DNA of 64,000 bases from Anaerolineae bacterium (GCA_027021705.1 JALUTT010000073.1:29535-93534), one strand, 5' to 3'. Shown: positions 1-8,654, numbered from the stretch's first letter. Notes: a model not told the origin generated them from the sequence alone. Numbers and translations: made by a program.

Positions 1-456
1 GCCCGACTGCCCCAGGTCCGGCCCGGCAGCCTCTAGCCGCTCCAGGAAGTCACGGACCGTGAGGATCGGAACGCCCCGATACACCCCCAGGTCCAGCAGG
101 TGGCGGTCACCACTGACGATCAGATCAGCCTGCGCATCCAAGGCACAGGCCAGCACCGCCTCGTCATCCGGATCCTCGGGAATGGCCCCAGCGACCTCGG
201 CGCGCCCCGGAACCAGGAGGGCGTCTTGCTCCAGGAGAGCCGTAAGCTGCTCGACATCGGCATCGGTGAGGGCATACTTGCGCCGGATGCGGGGGTAGTT
301 TAGCACAGCCCGGATTTCAGCGATGAGGGCGGGAGAGGTGATCAAGAGGTACTCGCGTCTGCGCCAGGCATCAAGGACTTGAGCAGCGAGCCCCTTTCGG
401 ACCAACAGGCTGCTGACGAAGACGTTGGTGTCAAGAACCACCCGCAACATCGGCCT
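1..456 (-). CDS. PIN-domain toxin (VapC-like), C-terminal part runs off the window edge
   Basis: I translated the minus strand by hand from the ATG at 456: MLRVVLDTNVFVSSLLVRKGLAAQVLDAWRRREYLLITSPALIAEIRAVLNYP...DLIVSGDRHLLDLGV. This shows the PIN acidic motifs (D-T-N near the N-terminus and a later DxxxD). There is no in-window stop, so the ORF is absent from the ORF track. It overlaps the stop of the upstream antitoxin ORF by about 26 nt. Confidence 0.75.
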
Positions 457-718
457 TTCTCACGGCAGCGATAGCTTCCGCGACATCCTGTTCCACCTCC
501 TCCGGCGGCAGGTCGGGCAGCCGGCTGCGAACGCGGTCCAGCACTTGGAAACGTATCTCCCGTTCGGCGACAAGCCGCTGGTACATCTCTAGGGGGATGA
601 CGGCTACCATTGGACGGCCCGACCGTTCGACGATGACCACCTGACCCCCGTAGTGCACGCGACCGATCAGGTGGGCGAAGTTGTTGCGGGCCTCTCGAGC
701 GCCCATGCGCACAACCAT
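431..718 (-). CDS. Phd/YefM-family antitoxin
   Basis: ORF of 95 aa: MGAREARNNFAHLIGRVHYGGQVVIVERSGRPMVAVIPLEMYQRL. This is the typical Phd/YefM N-terminal fold signature. It lies immediately upstream of the PIN ORF and overlaps it, which is the classic type II TA arrangement. The true start may be the internal Met at about 706. Confidence 0.7.
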   Translation of the reverse strand: MVVRMGAREARNNFAHLIGRVHYGGQVVIVERSGRPMVAVIPLEMYQRLVAEREIRFQVLDRVRSRLPDLPPEEVEQDVAEAIAAVRKADVAGGS

Positions 719-842
719 CCAGCACCTCCTTTACCGAGCCCCCTTGCAGGTTCGGCAGTGGGGGAAGCTCTGAACTTCACCTGTAGGTGGAGGGTGAGCC
801 CAACGGTCCAGAAGCCTGTGGGTGGGCCGGAAGCGACACCCG

Positions 843-972
843 GTATCTATTCAGCCTACCCTCCCTCAGGTCACCGGTCGAGGGCGCTTTCAGCCCCGAT
901 GGGCTAATTGAAACACGGCCTCGCGTCGGAAACGCGCCTAACCTGCGGGAGGGTGAACAGTTGCGACACCCG
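843..972. repeat. Palindromic repeat family B, copy B1 (long stem CCCTCCCtCAGG ... CCTGCGGGAGGG around a ~95-nt loop)
   Basis: Near-identical over the stems and immediate flanks (about 60 of its ~130 bp) to the reverse complement of 27822-27955; the central ~70-nt segment diverges extensively, with both substitutions and indels (several >5-nt mismatched runs). It shares the 12-bp GC-rich inverted stem with the copies at 48480-48615 and 62770-62890. It sits in the intergenic region between the TA operon start and moaA. Confidence 0.6.
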
Positions 973-1270
973 TAAGACAACGCTGAGTATAGCACAGAGA
1001 TGACACAGTGTCAAGGATGTACACTGTGTACCTCCTTAAGAGCGCTTTTCCTCCCCTCTTCCAGCGGCCTCACCGCTCGGCAAGGGTAGGAGAACCCCCG
1101 GCGGGATCGGTTGGGGAACGGAACCGTTGCCAAAGATTGACAACTCAGGGGGTTTTGTGGTACACTTGTAGCCACCGTTATGCTTGTAGAGCATAAAGCC
1201 TTCGTTCTGCTGTGCGCTCTACCCGCTGTCTCCCTCGTTCCTACCCACACACCGACCAGGAGGGTGAGCC

Positions 1271-2251
1271 GTGGCCTGGGATAAGCATGGGCGCTGGATC
1301 CGCTACCTGCGCATCTCCCTGACCGATCGCTGCAATCTGCGTTGTGTCTACTGTATGCCCGAGGATATGGTCTTCCGCCCCCGGGCAGAACTCCTTCAGG
1401 ATGACGAAATCCTCCTCATCGTCCGGGCAGCCACCGAGATCGGCTTCAACAAGTTCCGCCTCACCGGCGGGGAACCGACGATCCGCCACAACGTGGTGAA
1501 CCTGGTACGGGCCATCGCGGCGATCCCCGGCGTCGAGGAGCTGACGATGACGACCAACGGGGTGCTGCTGCGCCGGCTGGCCCATCCTCTGGCCGAGGCG
1601 GGGCTGCAGCGGGTGAACGTCAGCCTGGACACGCTGGACGCCGGCAAGTTCCAGCGCATCACCCGCTGGGGCCGGCTGGAGGACGTGCTGGACGGCATCA
1701 AGGCCGCCGAGGAGGCCGGCCTGACCCCCATCAAGCTCAACGCCGTCGTCGTGCGGGGCTACAACGAGGACGACGTGGTCGAGATGGCCCGCCTCTCCTA
1801 CGAGTGGCCCTGGCAGATCCGCTTCATCGAGATGATGCCCTTCGGCGACGTGGCCACCTTTGCCCGCAACGCCGTCGTCACCACCCAGGAGATGATCGCC
1901 CAGATCGAGGCGGCCCTGGGACCGCTACGGCTGGTCAACGGGGGCAAGCTCGACGGAGAGGCCCGCCTCTACCAACTGGAGGGGGCTCGCGGCGTCCTGG
2001 GCTTCATCAGCACCGTCAGCCAGCCCTTCTGCGCCAGTTGCTCCCGCGCCCGCCTCACCGCCGACGGCAAGCTCCGCCTCTGCCTGCTGCGGGACAAGGA
2101 GGTAGACCTGCTGACCCCCATCCGGTCGGGCATCTCTTTGGAAGAGCTCAAGGCGCTGATGACCGCCGCCATCTGGGAGAAGCCCTGGGGGCACCGGCTG
2201 GAAGAGGACGTGATCCCGGTCGCCCGGGTGATGTCCCAGATCGGCGGCTGA
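1271..2251 (+). CDS. moaA: GTP 3',8-cyclase MoaA (radical SAM molybdenum cofactor biosynthesis)
   Basis: CxxxCxxC radical-SAM motif (DRCNLRCVYCMPE), MoaA-type C-terminal Cys cluster (FCASCSRARLTADGKLRLCL), GTG start. Confidence 0.9.
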   Translation: MAWDKHGRWIRYLRISLTDRCNLRCVYCMPEDMVFRPRAELLQDDEILLIVRAATEIGFNKFRLTGGEPTIRHNVVNLVRAIAAIPGVEELTMTTNGVLLRRLAHPLAEAGLQRVNVSLDTLDAGKFQRITRWGRLEDVLDGIKAAEEAGLTPIKLNAVVVRGYNEDDVVEMARLSYEWPWQIRFIEMMPFGDVATFARNAVVTTQEMIAQIEAALGPLRLVNGGKLDGEARLYQLEGARGVLGFISTVSQPFCASCSRARLTADGKLRLCLLRDKEVDLLTPIRSGISLEELKALMTAAIWEKPWGHRLEEDVIPVARVMSQIGG

Positions 2252-2272
2252 GGCCCCTGAGGACGTGGGAGC

Positions 2273-3901
2273 GTGAGGCAGGCAGGACGCAGGCTCTGGG
2301 TGGCGGGGCTGGGGGCGCTGGTGGTGCTGGTGTGGGCCAACCTGCCCTACCTGGTCGGCTACGCCCGCTCCACCCCCGACCTCGCCTTCGGCGGCTTCTT
2401 CATCTTCGAGCAGGACGGCTTCTCCTACCTGGCCAAGATGCGCCAGGGGGCGACCGACGGCTGGGAGTACCGCCTGGCCTACACCTCGGAGGCGTTCGCC
2501 CAACAGGGGGAGGTGATCTTCACCCTCTACTTCGCCCTGGGAAAGCTGGAGCGTCTGTTGAGGGTGCCGGCCATCGCCCTCTACCACGCGGCCCGGCTGG
2601 GGGCCGGCCTCCTGCTCCTGGTCCTGCTCTACCGCTTCGTCGCCCATCCCCGTCTCCGGGATGCCGAAGGCCCCTCGGCGGATGAGACGGCGTGGGCCTA
2701 CGGGCTAATCCTCGTCTCCGGCGGCCTGGGCTGGCTCCTCACGCTGCTGAACCCCCGCTACGTCTCCTTGGAGCTGGTCGCGCCCGACGCCTACATCTTC
2801 TCGATGCTCTACGGCCCGCCCCACGTCCCTCTGGCGATGGCCCTCCTGCTGGCCTTCTGGCTGGTGCTGCTGACCGGCGTCGAAGGGGAGCTCACCTGGA
2901 GGCGGCTCCTGACCCTCAACCTGCTGGCCCTGGGCGCGGTCCTGGCCCGGCCCGCCTACGCCCTGGTCCTCTACCCGCTGCTGGGTCTCTGGTGGCTGGG
3001 GGGATGGCTCCTCCCGGCGCAGGCCCCGGCGGGCGGCCTCGTCTCCGGGAAGGTCCGGGGGGAGGCCCGGCGACCCGACCTGCGCCCGCTCCTGGCCGCC
3101 GTCGCGCCGCTGCCCTACCTGGTCTACTTCTACCGGGCCTTTCAGACCAACCGGGCCTACCGGCTCTGGGCCGCTCAGAACCCCTTCGTCACGCCGGGGG
3201 TGGGGGACCTGCTGGTCGGGTTCGGGCTCCTGCTCTTCCCGGCTTTGCTGACGCTGGCCCGCGAGCGGGGGCGCTGGCACCGTCCCCGCCGGCGGCTCTT
3301 CTTCACCTGGGCGGTGGCCGGGCTGCTCCTGGCCTACGCGCCGGTGCCCGTCAGCCGGCGGCTCCTGGCCGGATGGCAGGTCCCGCTGGCCCTGCTGGCC
3401 GTCCGCACCTTCACCCGCTGGCTCCGGCAGCGCCGGATGCGCCCGCTGCCCTACCTGTTGACCGGGCTGCTCCTCCCCTCGACCCTCCTGGTCATCCTGG
3501 GGGGAACGGCCTTGGTGCTCCAGCGGCCGGCGGAGCTCTTCCAGAGCGCCGACGAGCGGGCGATGCTGGCCTGGCTGGCCGACCACGGGAGCGAGCAGGA
3601 CGTGGTCCTGAGCGCTTGGCGAACGGGGAACCGCCTCCCGGCCTGGACGCCGGTTCGGGTCTACGTGGGGCACCCCATCGAGACCCTGGCCTTCGACGAG
3701 AAGGAGGAGGCCGTGCGCCGCTTCTTCGACCCGACGACGCCGGACCGGTGGCGGCAGAGCTTTCTGCGCCGCTGGCGGATCACCTACGTCGTCCACGGCC
3801 CCTTCGAGCGGGCGCTGGGGGGGTGGTCACCGGAGGATGCGCCCTACCTGGAGCCGGTCTTCGGTCAGGGGGAGTACATCGTCTACCGGGTGCGGGAGTA
3901 G
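2273..3901 (+). CDS. Polytopic integral membrane protein, possible GT-C-type glycosyltransferase or DUF membrane protein
   Basis: ORF of 542 aa with many hydrophobic helices (LGALVVLVWANLPYLVGY..., LLLLVLLYRF..., LLLAFWLVLL...). There is an acidic motif in the first loop (IFEQDGFSY) and a large soluble C-terminal domain. Function not recognisable with confidence. Confidence 0.65.
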   Translation: MRQAGRRLWVAGLGALVVLVWANLPYLVGYARSTPDLAFGGFFIFEQDGFSYLAKMRQGATDGWEYRLAYTSEAFAQQGEVIFTLYFALGKLERLLRVPAIALYHAARLGAGLLLLVLLYRFVAHPRLRDAEGPSADETAWAYGLILVSGGLGWLLTLLNPRYVSLELVAPDAYIFSMLYGPPHVPLAMALLLAFWLVLLTGVEGELTWRRLLTLNLLALGAVLARPAYALVLYPLLGLWWLGGWLLPAQAPAGGLVSGKVRGEARRPDLRPLLAAVAPLPYLVYFYRAFQTNRAYRLWAAQNPFVTPGVGDLLVGFGLLLFPALLTLARERGRWHRPRRRLFFTWAVAGLLLAYAPVPVSRRLLAGWQVPLALLAVRTFTRWLRQRRMRPLPYLLTGLLLPSTLLVILGGTALVLQRPAELFQSADERAMLAWLADHGSEQDVVLSAWRTGNRLPAWTPVRVYVGHPIETLAFDEKEEAVRRFFDPTTPDRWRQSFLRRWRITYVVHGPFERALGGWSPEDAPYLEPVFGQGEYIVYRVRE

Positions 3902-3910
3902 GGGGGTGCT

Positions 3911-4046
3911 CTCGTCAACGAATGTTCAACGAATAAACGAATGGGGCGGTTTGTAGGTCGCTTTGGCGTCCTCCTAGCCGGTTGGTTGGCAGACTGCCGC
4001 TTGGGGGGCTGCTCTCGCCAACGAATGTTCAACAAAGCAGAGAAAG
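3911..4046. repeat. Two ~28-bp direct repeats (GCTCTCGyCAACGAATGTTCAAC), each containing ACGAAT triplet motifs
   Basis: 3911-3950 reads ctcgtcaacgaatgttcaacgaataaacgaatgg and 4016-4040 reads ctcgccaacgaatgttcaac. The ACGAAT x3 arrangement resembles the CACGAAT x3 core of the MITE-like element A. The repeats lie in the intergenic region upstream of pepA. Confidence 0.4.
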
Positions 4047-4057
4047 GAGCGTATGCG

Positions 4058-5581
4058 ATGGACAAGCTGGAGGTCCGCGTGCAGCAAGGCGCGATTCAAG
4101 AAGTGGACGCCGACCTCATCGTCGTCAACCTCTTCGAGGGGGTGGAGACGCCCGGCGGGGCGACGGGCGCGGTGGACCGGGCGCTGGAGGGAGCGATCCG
4201 GGAGCGGATCGCGGCGGGCGACCTGAAGGGCAAGCTGAACGAAACGGCCCTCTTCTACCCCCGAGGGGCCATCCCCGCCCGCCGGGTGCTCGTCGTCGGC
4301 CTGGGCAAGCCGGACGCCTTCAACCTGGAGAAGGTGCTCCAGGTCTCGGCGACGGCGGCGCGGACGGCGCGGGAGCTGGGGGTGAAGCACCTGGCGACCA
4401 TCGTCCACGGAGGCGGCGCGGCCGGCCTGGACCTGGAGGCGGCGGCCCAGGCCGTCGTGGAAGGGACGCTCTTGGGCCTCTACCGCTTCCTCGACCACAA
4501 GTCGGAGCCGCCGGAGGAGGCGGACCCGGAACGGCTGACACTGGTGGAGTTCAGCGCCGAGAAGCTGCCCGCCGTCCAGGCCGGCGCCCGGACCGGCGAG
4601 ACGGTGGCGCGGGCCGTCGCCCTGACCCGCGACCTGGTCAACCAGCCGGCCAACGTCGCCACCCCCGACTACCTGGCGACCAAGGCGGCCGAGCTGGCCC
4701 AGGCCCTGGGGATGGGGCTGACGGTGCTGGACGAGGCGGCGATGGCCCAACTGGGGATGGGCGCGTTGCTGGCCGTCACCCGGGCCTCGGACCTGCCGGC
4801 CCGCTTCATCATCCTGGAACACCGCCCCGAAGGGGTGGACGCCCCGCCGGTGGTGCTGGTGGGCAAGGGGATCACCTTCGACACGGGCGGGGTGAACCTG
4901 AAGACGGCCGAGGGGATGCAGGCGATGAAGGGGGATATGGCCGGCGCGGCGGCGGTGATGGGTACGATGGCCGCCGTGGCCTCGCTGAACCTGCCCCGGC
5001 CCGTCGTGGGGCTGATGCCGGCTTGCGAGAACAAGCCGGGAGGGCGGGCCTACCGCCCCGGCGACGTGTTGAAGGCGATGAACGGCAAGACCATCGAGGT
5101 GATCAACACCGATGCCGAGGGGCGGCTGATCCTGGCCGATGCCCTGGCCTACGCGGCCCGCTACCACCCGGCGGCCGTGGTGGACCTGGCGACGCTGACG
5201 GGGGCCTGCGTCATCGCCCTGGGGGCGGGGATGGCGGCCGGCCTCTTCGCCAGTGACGACGACCTGGCCCGGCGGATCGAGGAGGCAGCCCAGGCCACCG
5301 GCGAGCGGGTCTGGCGGCTGCCCCTTTGGGAGGACTACCTGGAGAAGATGCGCTCCGACGTGGCCGACCTGAAGAACAGCGCCGGGCGCTTCGGCGGGGT
5401 GGGCACGTCGGCCATCTTCCTCAAGCAGTTCGTCGGCGACCTCCCCTGGGCGCACTTGGACATCGCGCCGGTGGCCGGCATCACCCGGGAGACGAACACC
5501 CTGCCCCCCTACCTGACCAAAGGGGGGACGGGCTACGGTGTCCGGCTGATGACGGCCCTGCTGCGCCGGTGGGCGGCGTAG
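4058..5581 (+). CDS. pepA: Leucyl aminopeptidase (M17 cytosol aminopeptidase)
   Basis: M17 signature NTDAEGRLILADALAYA, KGITFDTGG, start ATG at 4058 preceded by GAAAGGAG SD. The longer ORF-track start (3941) lies in repeat-containing noncoding DNA. Confidence 0.9.
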   Translation: MDKLEVRVQQGAIQEVDADLIVVNLFEGVETPGGATGAVDRALEGAIRERIAAGDLKGKLNETALFYPRGAIPARRVLVVGLGKPDAFNLEKVLQVSATAARTARELGVKHLATIVHGGGAAGLDLEAAAQAVVEGTLLGLYRFLDHKSEPPEEADPERLTLVEFSAEKLPAVQAGARTGETVARAVALTRDLVNQPANVATPDYLATKAAELAQALGMGLTVLDEAAMAQLGMGALLAVTRASDLPARFIILEHRPEGVDAPPVVLVGKGITFDTGGVNLKTAEGMQAMKGDMAGAAAVMGTMAAVASLNLPRPVVGLMPACENKPGGRAYRPGDVLKAMNGKTIEVINTDAEGRLILADALAYAARYHPAAVVDLATLTGACVIALGAGMAAGLFASDDDLARRIEEAAQATGERVWRLPLWEDYLEKMRSDVADLKNSAGRFGGVGTSAIFLKQFVGDLPWAHLDIAPVAGITRETNTLPPYLTKGGTGYGVRLMTALLRRWAA

Positions 5582-5590
5582 CGATTGCCC

Positions 5591-5620
5591 TTGCCCCGAA
5601 CGCCAAAGCGTGGTATAAAT
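5591..5620 (+). promoter_or_regulatory. Sigma70-like promoter candidate (TTGCCC - 17 nt - TATAAA) upstream of the Uma2 gene
   Basis: -35 TTGCCC at 5591-5596, 17-nt spacer, -10 TATAAA(T) at 5614-5620. About 60 nt upstream of the 5683 start. Confidence 0.35.
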
Positions 5621-5682
5621 GGGCTGTCGTGGAGCGTCGCTGAGTTGTCCGCCCTTGAGGTCCGATCCGAGGAGGTGATGAG

Positions 5683-6540
5683 ATGACCCGCCCGGTTCCC
5701 CCGGCCCCCACCGGGGTGATGGCCCCCGGCCTGTACCCGGCCGACGTGGACGAAATCCAGGCGATGCTCGCCGAGCTGGAGGCCCTCACGGCCCAACTGC
5801 CGGAAGAGGACGGCCGCCTGATGGAGACGCGACGTCATCACTGCCAGATGGACCTGCTCATCCACTCCCTGCACCACGCTTGGCGGGATCGGCAGGACTT
5901 CTGGGTGGGGGGCAATCAGTTCGTCTACTACAGCGAAGAACAGGCGCGGGCGGTGATCCGGGAGGTGAAGGCCGAGCGGGGGGAAGCTCCCCCGCCCCCC
6001 AAAGGGTTCCGAGCCTACCGAGGACCCGACTTCTTCGTCGTGCGGGGAGTGGACGGCAGCTACTCCCGTCAGAAGTGGGTGGTCTGGCAGGAGGGAGGCC
6101 GATACCCCGACCTGATCGTCGAACTGCTCTCCCCCTCCACCCGGTCCAAGGACCTGGGGGAGAAGAAGCGGCTGTACGAACAGGTCTTCCGCACCTCGGA
6201 GTACTTCGTCTGGGACCCCTTCGATCCCGGCCAGTTCCAGGGATGGCGGCTGCACGATGGGCACTACGAGCCCATCGAGCCTAACGGACGGGGGTGGCGG
6301 TGGAGCGCCGTCCTGGAGATGTGGCTGGGGCCGTGGGAGGGGGTGTACGACCGGGAGCGGGCGGTCTGGCTGCGGTTCTACGATGCCGAGGGGAACCTGG
6401 TCCTCACCGGAGAGGAGGCCGCCGAGCAGCGGGCGGAGGCTGCCGAGCAGCGGGCGGAGGCGGAGCGCCGGCGGGCCGAGGCCGCCGAGGCCGAACTGGA
6501 GAGGGCTGCCGGCCAGGATGACCTGGGCGAGCCAGGATAG
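5683..6540 (+). CDS. Uma2-family (DUF820) PD-(D/E)XK endonuclease with C-terminal AEQRAEA coiled-coil repeats
   Basis: Uma2 hallmarks: YPDLIVELLSPSTRSKDLGEKKRLYEQVFRTSEYFVWDP. The C-terminus is encoded by a tandem DNA repeat (gccgagcagcgggcggaggc x2). Confidence 0.75.
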   Translation: MTRPVPPAPTGVMAPGLYPADVDEIQAMLAELEALTAQLPEEDGRLMETRRHHCQMDLLIHSLHHAWRDRQDFWVGGNQFVYYSEEQARAVIREVKAERGEAPPPPKGFRAYRGPDFFVVRGVDGSYSRQKWVVWQEGGRYPDLIVELLSPSTRSKDLGEKKRLYEQVFRTSEYFVWDPFDPGQFQGWRLHDGHYEPIEPNGRGWRWSAVLEMWLGPWEGVYDRERAVWLRFYDAEGNLVLTGEEAAEQRAEAAEQRAEAERRRAEAAEAELERAAGQDDLGEPG

Positions 6541-6678
6541 GGGGCGAGGCGTTTCCCCCCATCCTTGTCGAGGACCAAAACGAGATGAGTCACTGCCGCA
6601 GACCTCCGGAGTCTGTTAGACCTCGGAGGTCTTGACCCAGAGGTTATTTGCACAACAACTTAGGGAGGAAATCGGAAT

Positions 6679-7080
6679 ATGAGCAGTTGGATTGACAAGC
6701 TGATGGGCAAACAGGAACCTGAAGAGTCGGCAAGCGAGTCGGCGGGTCGAGAGGGAGCCGCTCCCATCCACGTGACCGATGACGAGTTCGAGGAAAAGGT
6801 GCTGCGCTCCCCGGTGCCCGTCATCGTGGACTTCTGGGCTCCCTGGTGCATGCCCTGCCGGATGATCGCGCCGGCCCTGGAGCAGTTGGCCGCCGAGTAC
6901 GCGGGCCGGATGATCGTGGCCAAGGTGAACACCGACGAGAACCCCCGTTGGGCCATCCAGTTCGGCGTCCAGGGTATCCCCACCCTGCTCTTCGTCAAGG
7001 ACGGCCAGGTGGTGGACCGGATCGTCGGCGCAGTGCCCCTCGGCCACATCAAGCAGCGGCTGGAGGCGATGCTGAACTGA
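6679..7080 (+). CDS. trxA: Thioredoxin with non-canonical CMPC active site
   Basis: VDFWAPWCMPCRMIAP followed by VAKVNTDENP...GIPTLLFVKDGQVVDR: thioredoxin fold. The active site reads C-M-P-C instead of C-G-P-C. GGGAGG SD lies 8 nt upstream. Confidence 0.85.
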   Translation: MSSWIDKLMGKQEPEESASESAGREGAAPIHVTDDEFEEKVLRSPVPVIVDFWAPWCMPCRMIAPALEQLAAEYAGRMIVAKVNTDENPRWAIQFGVQGIPTLLFVKDGQVVDRIVGAVPLGHIKQRLEAMLN

Positions 7081-7103
7081 GCCCTGAGCCTTGAGGGACG
7101 CAG

Positions 7104-7130
7104 AGGCCGCCCCGAAGGGCGGCTTTTTGT
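7104..7130 (+). terminator. Rho-independent terminator (GGCCGCCCC-GAA-GGGCGGC + TTTTTG)
   Basis: Perfect GC hairpin followed by a T-tract, 24 nt after the trxA stop. It may also serve the convergent purB. Confidence 0.65.
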
Positions 7131-7156
7131 TCTCTGCCGGGTGGTCAAGTAGTCGG

Positions 7157-7186
7157 GTAGTCCTCAGTCCTCAGTCCTGAGTCCAC
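7157..7186. repeat. Heptamer microsatellite (AGTCCTC)x4
   Basis: tcctcagtcctcagtcctgagtcc lies between the trxA terminator and the purB stop. Confidence 0.5.
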
Positions 7187-7190
7187 CCGT

Positions 7191-8576
7191 TCAATCCGCT
7201 CCCGAATCCGCCGACAGCCCCTCGTCCGCCGGATCGGCTTGCAAAGGGGTAGGGATCGCCTTCAGCCGGGCGAAGAGGCGATCCAGGTGGCGCAGGGCGG
7301 CCCGCACGTCCAGCAACGCCTCGATCTCCCGGCGGGTGAGGTGGCGGGCGACCACCGGATCGGCAGCCAGCAGGTCGGCGAAGCGGTCCTTGCCCTCCCA
7401 GGCGGCCATCGCCGCTGCCTGGACGCGCTCGTAGGCCGTCGTCCGGTCCAGCCCCCGCTCCACCAGGGCCAGGAGCACCCGCTGGGAGTGGACCAACCCC
7501 TCGGTGCGGGCCAGGTTGCGGGCCATCCGCTTCGGGTGGACGACCAGCCCCTCGATGAGGCCAGCCAGCCGGTCCAGCATGTAGTCCAGGGTGATGGTCG
7601 CGTCCGGCAGGATCACCCGCTCCACCGAGGAGTGGGTCAGGTCCCGCTGGTCCCACAGGGCCACGTTCTCCAGCCCCGCCACCAGCCAGCCCCGGAAGAG
7701 GCGGGCCAGCCCCGTCAGCCGCTCGCTGAGAATGGGGTTGCGCTTGTGAGGCATCGCCGAGGAGCCCTTCTGGCCGGCCCGGAAGGGCTCCTCCACCTCC
7801 CCCTGGTCGGTGCGGGACCAGAGACGGACCTGGGTGGCCATCTTCTCCACCGAGGCGGCGGTGATGGCGCAGGCCCACAGGAGCTCGGCGTGGCGGTCCC
7901 GCTGAATGATCTGGCTGCTGAGGGGAGCCGGCCGTAGCCCCAGCTTGCGGCAGACGTAGGTCTCGACGAAGGGGTCCACACTGGCGTAGGTGCCCACCGG
8001 CCCCGACAGCTTCCCCACGGCGACGGTCTGGCGGGCCCGGTGGAGCCGCTGGCGGTTGCGGTCCATCTCGAAGGCCCAGAGGGCCAGCGTCAGCCCCAGC
8101 GTCACCGGCTCGGCGTGGATGCCGTGGGTCCGTCCCACCATCACCGTCTCCCGCTCGGCCAGGGCCCGCGCCTTGAGGGCGGCCAGGCAGCGGTCGGCGT
8201 CGGCGATGAGCAGGTCCAGGGCCTGGACCATCTGGAGGGCCAGGGCGGTGTCCTTGACGTCGGAGGAGGTCAGGCCCAGGTGGAGGTAGCGGCCGGCCTC
8301 GCCCACGTGGGCCTGGACCTCTTCGAGGAAGGCGATGAGGTCGTGGCGGGTCACCGCCTCCCGCCGAGCGATCCCCTCCAGGGTGAAGTCGGCCCGGGCC
8401 TTGATCTGGGCCAGGGCCTCGGCCGGCACCAGCCCCAGTTCGGCCATCGCCTCGGCGGCCAGCACCTCGATCCGCAGCCAGAGCCGGTACTGGTTCTCCA
8501 GGGACCAGATGGCTCCCATCTGGGGGCGGGTGTAGCGGGCAAGGATGGTGCACCTCCTTCGGGTTGTTGGGGTCAT
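7191..8576 (-). CDS. purB: Adenylosuccinate lyase
   Basis: N-terminus ARYTRPQMGAIWSLENQYRLWLRIEVLAAEA matches the conserved PurB start. Fumarate-lyase signature GSSAMPHKRNP. I chose the ATG at 8576; GAAGGAGG follows it and an in-frame ATC may be the true start. The longer ORF-track start at 8762 is unlikely. Confidence 0.9.
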   Translation of the reverse strand: MTPTTRRRCTILARYTRPQMGAIWSLENQYRLWLRIEVLAAEAMAELGLVPAEALAQIKARADFTLEGIARREAVTRHDLIAFLEEVQAHVGEAGRYLHLGLTSSDVKDTALALQMVQALDLLIADADRCLAALKARALAERETVMVGRTHGIHAEPVTLGLTLALWAFEMDRNRQRLHRARQTVAVGKLSGPVGTYASVDPFVETYVCRKLGLRPAPLSSQIIQRDRHAELLWACAITAASVEKMATQVRLWSRTDQGEVEEPFRAGQKGSSAMPHKRNPILSERLTGLARLFRGWLVAGLENVALWDQRDLTHSSVERVILPDATITLDYMLDRLAGLIEGLVVHPKRMARNLARTEGLVHSQRVLLALVERGLDRTTAYERVQAAAMAAWEGKDRFADLLAADPVVARHLTRREIEALLDVRAALRHLDRLFARLKAIPTPLQADPADEGLSADSGAD

Positions 8577-8654
8577 GCAGGCCGGTGACGAGGGCATTGT
8601 AACACGATCCGGGGCACAGCACAAATTACGCTTTCCGATCGCTCCCACGGCCTG

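Noticed and set aside
1804-2685. Long ORFs in alternative frames and on the opposite strand throughout the window (e.g. 1804-2685, 2692-3936, 3974-5455, 7171-8622, 12453-13181, 12758-14191, 15610-16656, 18020-19705, 33775-35355, 44124-48065, 45679-46566, 51684-56027, 60743-62377)
   Set aside because: They overlap genes with strong family signatures. They show Pro/Arg/Gly-rich low-complexity translations typical of off-frame reading of 67% GC DNA, and they lack RBS or coding periodicity. They are GC-bias artefacts.
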